Source: an archaeon (GTDB lineage: Archaea > Nanobdellota > Nanobdellia > Pacearchaeales > GW2011-AR1). From it: DNA of 64,000 nucleotides. Shown piece after piece: positions 57,127 through 64,000 of this stretch. A model generated the notes under the pieces. It saw only the letters and a program-made list of their open reading frames with translations. It was not told the origin of the DNA and made no database searches. The stretch covers positions 8,006-72,005 of the forward strand of contig JAACWB010000004.1 of the NCBI GenBank assembly GCA_009992215.1, read 5' to 3'. A program made the translations under genes and the position numbers. Position 1 is the first letter of the stretch. Each line of letters starts with the position of its first letter.

Positions 57127-58227
57127 TTAGGGAATAATTTCTGGTCCAAAATATTTTTCAAAATCAAAATCTTCTTTTTTTACAATTCCTTTTTCTATTG
57201 AATTATTTACTTCGGGAATTATTTTTTTTATTTCATCGATTAAATGTTTTATTGTTTCACAAATTAAATCGTCTCCAACTTTTGGCCATAGTTTTGCTTC
57301 TCTCCAATATAGGCAACGACCTCCGCAGATATTTACATAATCACAATTGTTACAATTGTTAATATGAATTTCTTTTGTGACACCAGTTTCTATGTCTCCA
57401 CAATAAAGATTTTTTACGCTGTTCATTATCGGACAGGCTGAGAGTTTTCCTGAAGTGTTAATTGTGAAGTTGTTGTGTCCTGCACCGCAAGGAAGTTTTG
57501 TGTTTTTGTCCCAGCCCCTTAGTCGATTTAAAATTCCTAGAAAAGGATAGAATTTCCAAACTTTTCCTTTTTTGATTTCTTTTGTCCAAAATTCAATTAG
57601 TTCACTAATTCCTTTGTTGTATTCTTTTACAAACTTTGTGAATTTAGTTTCATCAAAATCAAATTTGTAAAAACCAGCATCAATTTGCCAGTGAACCGAA
57701 TTGTATAAGCCTTGTTTAATTAATTCTACCAAGTGCATGACTTGCGCGTAAATATCACTTTCGCTTATTACCATACGTGCAACGATTTCACCTTTGAAAC
57801 CACGGTTTCTTATGTCTTTTAGGTTATTTATTATTTTGTCATAGTGCAAATTTCCTTTTCCCCAATTGTCTCGCTCTTTTGTTCCGTCAATTGAAACTAA
57901 CATTTTGTCCAATTTTAATAAATATTTTGTTGGAAGTTTATTTAGGAGCATTCCGTTAGTTTGAATTTGAAAATTACAATTTACGTTATCCATAATTTCA
58001 ATCATTTTTTCCATTCGGACTAACGGTTCTCCTCCGTAAAAAATTAGAGTGTCTGCTGGTTTCAAAAATGATTTTAAATTTTCAATTGGAACCTCTGAGT
58101 CAACGGGAGTTTCCATATCATAATCGAATTTTTCTTCAAGTCCGTTATCGAATTCATGCATTGACTTTTCGTAACAATACTTGCATTTCAAGTTACAAAC
58201 TTCTGTTAATATTATGTGATAGTGCAT
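57127..58227 (-). CDS. Radical SAM/SPASM protein (TIGR04084-like)
   Basis: CNLKCKYC, FYGGEP, SPASM Cys residues (CGAG, ACP, CNNC..CGGRC) and the GPEIIP end. Confidence 0.85.
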   Translation of the reverse strand: MHYHIILTEVCNLKCKYCYEKSMHEFDNGLEEKFDYDMETPVDSEVPIENLKSFLKPADTLIFYGGEPLVRMEKMIEIMDNVNCNFQIQTNGMLLNKLPTKYLLKLDKMLVSIDGTKERDNWGKGNLHYDKIINNLKDIRNRGFKGEIVARMVISESDIYAQVMHLVELIKQGLYNSVHWQIDAGFYKFDFDETKFTKFVKEYNKGISELIEFWTKEIKKGKVWKFYPFLGILNRLRGWDKNTKLPCGAGHNNFTINTSGKLSACPIMNSVKNLYCGDIETGVTKEIHINNCNNCDYVNICGGRCLYWREAKLWPKVGDDLICETIKHLIDEIKKIIPEVNNSIEKGIVKKEDFDFEKYFGPEIIP

Positions 58228-58421
58228 GAAAAAAAGATAAAAATTAAGTTTAAAGGTTTTTTGTTCAGCTGGTGGCTGATAGTTTGTAGCTTGAAGTTAG
58301 AAGAGAATGTATGAGGTAATTATTTTGTTTAAGAGAGGTTAGAAAGTACTTTTGAAATCTGTTTAAATTTTAAAATAGTAACAAAAAGAAAAGTTTATAA
58401 ATTTTGAATTTATATAATTTT

Positions 58422-58958
58422 ATGAGTAAATTACAAGAAATTTTTGAAAAAGGAAATAACCTCTCAGTTTATGATAAATATACTTTTAGCAAAATGTTTG
58501 AAAATTCTCAAAAAAGAAATGTACCTATTCTTAATAAAATATCATCAAGAGAAGATAAATTAAAAGCGATTGTAGAAAGAGATACACCGAGATATTTTTT
58601 TGAAAACTTTCCTTCAAATAATTATAATATTAAATCTATGAAAGCAAATTATTTACTTGCTTTAATGAAAGCAAGAGAGAACTCTAATGATGAAGCTCAA
58701 AAATATTTAAGAGAATCAATTTGGCAATTTAAACAAATGGCAAAACACAAGTTGTCTTTAGGAAAATATATAGAAAAAAATACTTTTTCTTTGGATATAA
58801 AACCAGAAAAAGAGATTAATCATTACAAGAGAAAATTGTCTCAGATTGCAAAAGAGGTAGGAATTGGATTAGAAACAATGATTGATTTAAGTTCTATAGC
58901 TTCTTCAAATTTCCCTAGGAAAAATCTTGAAAAATTTTATTTTGGAAAATTACATTAA
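58422..58958 (+). CDS. Hypothetical protein
   Basis: ORF; likely start MSKLQ. Confidence 0.6.
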   Translation: MSKLQEIFEKGNNLSVYDKYTFSKMFENSQKRNVPILNKISSREDKLKAIVERDTPRYFFENFPSNNYNIKSMKANYLLALMKARENSNDEAQKYLRESIWQFKQMAKHKLSLGKYIEKNTFSLDIKPEKEINHYKRKLSQIAKEVGIGLETMIDLSSIASSNFPRKNLEKFYFGKLH

Positions 58959-58959
58959 A

Positions 58960-60573
58960 TCACTCAAGTCCATTCATATAATTAGGAAGTGTGCCAACAT
59001 CATTCATTCTTCCTTTTGGGTTTGATTTAGCCAAAATTACATCATCAATTCTAAGTATCATAACGGCAACGTCAGTAGCTGAACTTATTGCTTGAGATTT
59101 TATTTTGTATGGTTCAATTATTTTTGCTGTTAAAACATTTTCAACTCTATTTGTAAAAAGATTTAATCCTGCATTTTTGTCTCCCGCGTCATGTCTACGT
59201 TTCATTTCAGTTAAAATGTCAATTGGGTCGAGTCCTCCGTTTTCAGCCAAAGTTGCTGGAATAAATTCAAGAGCATTTGCAAATTCAAAAACTGAAATTC
59301 TTTCTCTTCCTTTTAGAGTTTGAGCAAATTGTCTTATTCTTCTAGCAAGTTCTATTTCAATTGCTCCTCCACCCGGAACTACTAGCCTTGTTTCAAGTGC
59401 ACTTGCAATGTCTCCTAAACCATCCATTAATGCACGTTCAATTTCATCAACAACATGAGTTGTTCCTCCATGAATTAAAATTGTAACTGCCTTTGGATTT
59501 TTGCATCCCCTAATATAAGTCATTTGTTCACCTGAATGTTTTACTTCTAAAACCTCGTTTGCTTCACCTAAATCATAAGAATTTATTTCATTCAAATTTG
59601 AAATTATTTTTGCACCAGTTGCTTTTGAGAGTTTTTCCATATCAGACTTTCCAACTCTTCTACATGCGTAAATTCCATTCTTTGCTAACAAATATTTTGC
59701 AAAGTCATCAATTCCTTTTTGACAAAAGAGAACATTACATTCTGTTTCAATAATCTTTTCAATCATTGCTTTTATTGTTCTTTCTTCTTCGCCAAGAAAG
59801 TTTTGTAATTCAATGTGACTTGAAATAGAGATTTTTGTATCAATTTCTGGGCTCTTTAACTCTAGTGGAAAATCAATTAAGAGAATTTTTGCATCTCCAA
59901 CCAAGGAAGGCATATCTTTAGATAACTTTTCTTTGTCAAGAACAATTCCACTAACAAGTTCTGTGTCTTTAATGTCATCTCCAATTATTTTTTCAATTTT
60001 TATGTCCTTTAAGTCTATCTTGTTATTATGTGAAACTGCCTTTACTGCTTCAACTAAAATTTCAGAAAACTTCTCTTTTGAATCTTCAGCGCCTTTTCCA
60101 GTCATTGCAGTCATTCCAATTTGTCTTAATACTTCTTCGTTTTCCGGAGTAATTTGCATTGAAATTTCTTTTAAAATTTCTTGTGCTTTTTCAGCTGCCA
60201 TTCTGTAACCTTTTGCAACAATTGTTGGATGAATTTTTTGGTCAAGTAATTTTTCAGCGTTTTCTAAAAGTTTACCTGCAATCATAACAGAAGTTGTTGT
60301 TCCGTCTCCCACTTCTGACTCTTGAGTCTTTGCAATTTCAACCATCATTTTTGCAGCAGGATGTTCAATTTGCATTTCTGAGAGAATTGTTACTCCATCA
60401 TTTGTTACAATAATATCCCCATTTGGAGTTACAAGCATCTTGTCCATTCCTCTTGGACCAAGAGTTGTTTTAACAACTTCAGAAACCATCTTTCCAGCTA
60501 GAATGTTATTTCTTTGTGCATCTTTTCCCATTATTCGCTGGATATCTTCCGGCATTATTTCCCCTCTAGCCAT
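58960..60573 (-). CDS. ths: Thermosome (group II chaperonin) subunit
   Basis: [28 protein letters not shown] and ILRIDD. Confidence 0.96.
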   Translation of the reverse strand: MARGEIMPEDIQRIMGKDAQRNNILAGKMVSEVVKTTLGPRGMDKMLVTPNGDIIVTNDGVTILSEMQIEHPAAKMMVEIAKTQESEVGDGTTTSVMIAGKLLENAEKLLDQKIHPTIVAKGYRMAAEKAQEILKEISMQITPENEEVLRQIGMTAMTGKGAEDSKEKFSEILVEAVKAVSHNNKIDLKDIKIEKIIGDDIKDTELVSGIVLDKEKLSKDMPSLVGDAKILLIDFPLELKSPEIDTKISISSHIELQNFLGEEERTIKAMIEKIIETECNVLFCQKGIDDFAKYLLAKNGIYACRRVGKSDMEKLSKATGAKIISNLNEINSYDLGEANEVLEVKHSGEQMTYIRGCKNPKAVTILIHGGTTHVVDEIERALMDGLGDIASALETRLVVPGGGAIEIELARRIRQFAQTLKGRERISVFEFANALEFIPATLAENGGLDPIDILTEMKRRHDAGDKNAGLNLFTNRVENVLTAKIIEPYKIKSQAISSATDVAVMILRIDDVILAKSNPKGRMNDVGTLPNYMNGLE

Positions 60574-60673
60574 ATAATAAGACAAAACAGGAATTATATA
60601 AACATTATTATGGTATCTTTACAGTTTTTTTCCTAAACAAAATATATATAAAATAATATTTCATAATTAAGGT

Positions 60674-61174
60674 ATGCCAAAAGATCAAATTTTTAGTAGT
60701 GCAATAAAATATGCTGGAATTTTCAGTTTCAAAGATTTCTATGAATTTTCATTTAAGTGGTTGAAAGGAGAAATGGGACTCACTATTTCTGAAGAAGAAT
60801 ATGAAGAAAAACTTAAAGGAAACGCAAAGGACATTAAGGTAAAATGGAAAGGAACAGCAAAAGTTGCCGAATATTTTAATTTTGAAGTTGGAATAACTTT
60901 TGAAGTTGAAGGCTTAACTGAAGTTGAAATAAACCAAGGTGGAGAAAAGATTAGAAGTAATCAAGGTAAAATTAAGATTAAAATTACTGGAACTTTGATT
61001 AAAGATCCGAAAAACCAGTTTGAGACTACTCCAACAATGAAAATGTGGAGAGGTATTTATGAAAAGTTCATTATTCCTTCAAGAATCAAACAATATGAAG
61101 ATAAGTTGGTTGGTGGATGTGATGAATATCTTGCTCAAGCAAAAGCATTTTTGGATTTAGAAGGTAGAAAATAG
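60674..61174 (+). CDS. Conserved hypothetical protein
   Basis: 166-aa ORF with an upstream TATA box. Confidence 0.7.
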   Translation: MPKDQIFSSAIKYAGIFSFKDFYEFSFKWLKGEMGLTISEEEYEEKLKGNAKDIKVKWKGTAKVAEYFNFEVGITFEVEGLTEVEINQGGEKIRSNQGKIKIKITGTLIKDPKNQFETTPTMKMWRGIYEKFIIPSRIKQYEDKLVGGCDEYLAQAKAFLDLEGRK

Positions 61175-61222
61175 TAAAAGGACCACAGAAATGTTTAAAT
61201 AGAAAATTTGTGATTCTATTAT

Positions 61223-62602
61223 ATGAAACAAATATTTGGGATTTTACTTGCATTATTAATTCTTCCAGCAGTTTTTGCTGTGAATTTAGATGTTGAAAAA
61301 ATTAGTGAAAAAGAAGTGTTGATTATTGATTTAGATCAACCTGCACAATTCTTGATTTCAGTTACAAATAACGGAGCAACAGATGATTTGTCTTTTTACA
61401 CTTTCTTTGGTGAAGGATTAAGCCCAGTTGAACCAATTTCATTTTTGAAGGGAGAAACAAAAAACGTAACTTTAACAGTTTATCCTCGTGAAAACATGAA
61501 CATAAGAGGCCCAACAAATTTTAATTATTTTATTCAAGGAAAAGATAGAAGCGAAATTGAAGAAAAATTAAATGTTAATATCATTGAATTAAAGGATGCA
61601 TTTGAAGTTGGTTCAAGTTCAATTGACCCTGAATCGAGTACATTAAAAATTTACATAAAAAATAAAGTTAATTTTAATTTTGAAAATGTGAATGTTAAAT
61701 TTTCTTCACCTTTCTTTAATTTAGGAAAAGAAGTTTCTCTTAAACCATATGAAACTGAAGAATATACTGTTGACATAAACAAGGAAGACTTTAACAAATT
61801 AATGGCTGGGTTTTACACATTGAAAGCAAAGGTTGAAGTTAGTGATGTTAATGCAGACATTGAAGGAAAAATTGAATTTGTTGAAAAAGATTTACTAAAA
61901 ACAGAAAGTAAAAATTATGGATTAATTATTTCTACTAAAATTATTAAAAAAACTAATGACGGGAATACAATTCAAGATTCTGAAACAACAATAAAGAAAA
62001 ATATTATTTCAAGATTATTTACAACTTTTAGTCCAGAACCAGATTCAATTGATAGAGAAGGAGCGAAAGTTTACTACACTTGGACACAAAAGATTGCTCC
62101 TGGAGAATACAACGAAATTGTTGTTAAAACAAATTGGTTATTACCATTTTTAATTATATTATTTTTAATTTCTTCAATTTACTTTGCAAGAAAATATTCT
62201 GAACAAAAAATATCTCTTAGAAAGAGAGTTACTTTTGTAAAAGCTAAAGGCGGAGAATTCGCCCTTAAGGTTACAATTATTGCAGAAGCAAGAGAATTTG
62301 TTGAAAAGATAAAAATCGTTGACAGACTGCCTCCATTAGTTCAAATTTACGAAAGATTTGGGGGGGAACTTCCTGATAGAATTAGTAAAGACAAAAAAAG
62401 ATTAGAATGGGATTTTGATTACTTGGACAAAGGAGAAAGAAGAGTTATGTCTTATGTTGTTTATTCAAAGGTTGGTGTTCTTGGAAGATTTGCCTTACCT
62501 GGAACAACTGCATATTTTGAACAAGAAGGAAAACAAAAACAAGCAACTTCAAACAAAGCTTTCTTTTTAGCTGAACAAAAATCAAGAAGCCAATTAGAAT
62601 AA
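61223..62602 (+). CDS. Surface/S-layer-like membrane-anchored protein
   Basis: Signal peptide, beta-rich domains, TM helix and a C-terminal DUF11-like domain. Confidence 0.7.
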   Translation: MKQIFGILLALLILPAVFAVNLDVEKISEKEVLIIDLDQPAQFLISVTNNGATDDLSFYTFFGEGLSPVEPISFLKGETKNVTLTVYPRENMNIRGPTNFNYFIQGKDRSEIEEKLNVNIIELKDAFEVGSSSIDPESSTLKIYIKNKVNFNFENVNVKFSSPFFNLGKEVSLKPYETEEYTVDINKEDFNKLMAGFYTLKAKVEVSDVNADIEGKIEFVEKDLLKTESKNYGLIISTKIIKKTNDGNTIQDSETTIKKNIISRLFTTFSPEPDSIDREGAKVYYTWTQKIAPGEYNEIVVKTNWLLPFLIILFLISSIYFARKYSEQKISLRKRVTFVKAKGGEFALKVTIIAEAREFVEKIKIVDRLPPLVQIYERFGGELPDRISKDKKRLEWDFDYLDKGERRVMSYVVYSKVGVLGRFALPGTTAYFEQEGKQKQATSNKAFFLAEQKSRSQLE

Positions 62603-62670
62603 ATAATAACTTTTAAAAACAGCTTTTCATTAAATTTTTTGTTGATTATAGTTCATAATCAATGTTGTAT

Positions 62671-62810
62671 CCACCCATAGCTCAGTGGTTAGAGCGCCTG
62701 GCTGTAGAATACTAAGGCGGAGATTCGAGTAATCGATAACTATGAAACCCTAAAAGCAGGTTCTGAATGCAGAACCCGGGAGATCCCCAGTTCGACTCTG
62801 GGTGGGTGGA
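62671..62810 (+). tRNA. tRNA-Tyr(GTA) with a 67-nt intron (62708-62774)
   Basis: Archaeal C1:G72 acceptor stem CCACCCA/TGGGTGG+A; BHB core CTGT/GCAG with 3-nt bulges. Confidence 0.92.
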
Positions 62811-62815
62811 TAAAT

Positions 62816-62851
62816 AAGTATCCAGTTAATCTGGATACTTTTCTTTTTTTT
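62816..62851 (+). terminator. Hairpin plus oligo-T after tRNA-Tyr
   Basis: AAGTATCCAG-ttaat-CTGGATACTT followed by T runs. Confidence 0.6.
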
Positions 62852-63022
62852 AAATTAAATTCTATTAAACAATAATTTTATTTTGTCGTCGACAAAAATA
62901 AGACATTATGGATAATTCAAAAAAGAAAATATATCCATATCTATCGAAGAATTTATATACTTTAATTAAATAACAAATTTATAAAATCATTGCAAGAGAA
63001 ATCTTGTAAGGAGGGGAAAAAG

Positions 63023-63100
63023 ATGGAATTTGAGGATGAGCTTCCGAGATTTGATGACGATGAAAGTCATCTCGAGGATTTCCTTGATGAATTAGACTAA
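63023..63100 (+). CDS. 25-aa hyperacidic micropeptide
   Basis: MEFEDELPRFDDDESHLEDFLDELD*; SD AAGGAGGGG 6 nt upstream; TTTATAAA box near 62978. Confidence 0.55.
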   Translation: MEFEDELPRFDDDESHLEDFLDELD

Positions 63101-63122
63101 AGAAAAAATATATAAATTTTAT

Positions 63123-64000
63123 TTAGCCTCTTGAAAGTAATATTTCGTTATTATCTAATGAAATTTCTTGAAAGTTGCTTTCAATAACAACTTTTAATTT
63201 TTCTATTTTTATTTTTGTTAACCATAAGTTAGTTAATTGAACACTAACGCCGTGTCCGATTTCTAATTCTTTTAATTCTATTTCCTTTAACACTTTGTCA
63301 TCAGTATAAATTAATATTTTTGCTTTTTCACTTTTTTGTAAACCATCGTTTCTTATTGATAAATTTAAATTTAGGATTCTTCCGTTAATTTCAGCGACAG
63401 CTTTTTCAAATTTTAAATCTGGATAGCTTGGAACACTGTAAAGTTCTTCTATTCTTGCAGGAATTTCATCACCGATTACTTGCTTACATTTTGTTATTGG
63501 ATACATTATGTTATTTTTATTTTCTGAGTGATCAAAACCTAAAACATGCAAAAGTTCATGAATTGCAACGTTTGGATTTTCACATTCAGAGTCTTTAATT
63601 AAAAGAATGTCTCCGTGTAAAATTACTTTGAATCTGTCTCCTTCAGTTATATTCGTTGGACCACCTTCTCCTGCGATAAACAATCCATCTTCCATCCTAT
63701 TTGTATTTTCACAAGTCACAGTTATTTCTTCACCTTCATTTATTGAATAAAATTCTAAAGTTGTTTTGTTTTCAATAATTTCAAAAGCACGAATCATATC
63801 TGCTTTTTTCTTTAAAGAACAATCATTATCTATTCTATAAGAAATTGAATTTGAAGGAAACCTTAAATTGTCATAGAACTGCATCTTAACTGAATTATTT
63901 CCTAGAGTGAAATTATTATTAACTTCTTTTGAAGTGAATTCTAATTCTCCGCCTGGATTAATGAAATATAAAATTAAAATTGCTGCTACTAATACATTTC
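63123..64000 (-). CDS. Matrixin-like zinc metalloprotease with a C-terminal CARDB-like domain (5' end outside the window)
   Basis: HELLHVLGFDH and the Met-turn IMYP; frame stays open to the window edge. Confidence 0.85.
   Translation of the reverse strand, partial: NVLVAAILILYFINPGGELEFTSKEVNNNFTLGNNSVKMQFYDNLRFPSNSISYRIDNDCSLKKKADMIRAFEIIENKTTLEFYSINEGEEITVTCENTNRMEDGLFIAGEGGPTNITEGDRFKVILHGDILLIKDSECENPNVAIHELLHVLGFDHSENKNNIMYPITKCKQVIGDEIPARIEELYSVPSYPDLKFEKAVAEINGRILNLNLSIRNDGLQKSEKAKILIYTDDKVLKEIELKELEIGHGVSVQLTNLWLTKIKIEKLKVVIESNFQEISLDNNEILLSRG

Noticed and set aside
57127-58227. RiPP cluster around the radical SAM/SPASM gene
   Set aside because: No adjacent precursor peptide, protease or transporter
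1-64000. Alternative genetic code
   Set aside because: Conserved genes are full length under code 11, and TAA, TAG and TGA all act as stops

Overview
AT-rich, very gene-dense archaeal DNA read with standard code 11, most consistent with a DPANN archaeon (Pacearchaeota/Woesearchaeota-like; this assignment is inferred). Supporting evidence: thermosome, rpl10e, rpl35ae, dph5, Elp3, archaeal DtdA, two TrmB regulators, tRNAs with bulge-helix-bulge (BHB) introns, and TATA boxes about 25 nt upstream of mostly leaderless genes. Housekeeping genes (trpS, thrS, ileS, tdk, idi, DEAD helicase, TatD, RadC, cpGTPase) are mixed with an HpaII-like restriction-modification pair and many hypothetical proteins. 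Five tRNA genes are present: Gln-CTG, Glu-CTC (intron), Val-TAC, Gly-GCC and Tyr-GTA (intron). Most notable observations: (1) four of the five tRNAs are accompanied by extra copies of their own 3' end, each interrupted in the T-arm by a structured insert, and one ~68-nt insert family recurs at all four loci; (2) three tandem, propeptide-less, divergent proteasome-beta/Ntn-like genes; (3) a stand-alone tRNA-like RNA with no D-arm, carrying the G3.U70/A73 alanine identity and resembling the tRNA-like domain of tmRNA; (4) genes suggesting interaction with bacteria (a peptidoglycan amidase and an outer-membrane-beta-barrel-like protein); (5) a membrane receptor-like protein with a degenerate class III cyclase domain, and a membrane-anchored diadenylate cyclase. 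All protein calls come from motif recognition by eye, not from database searches.
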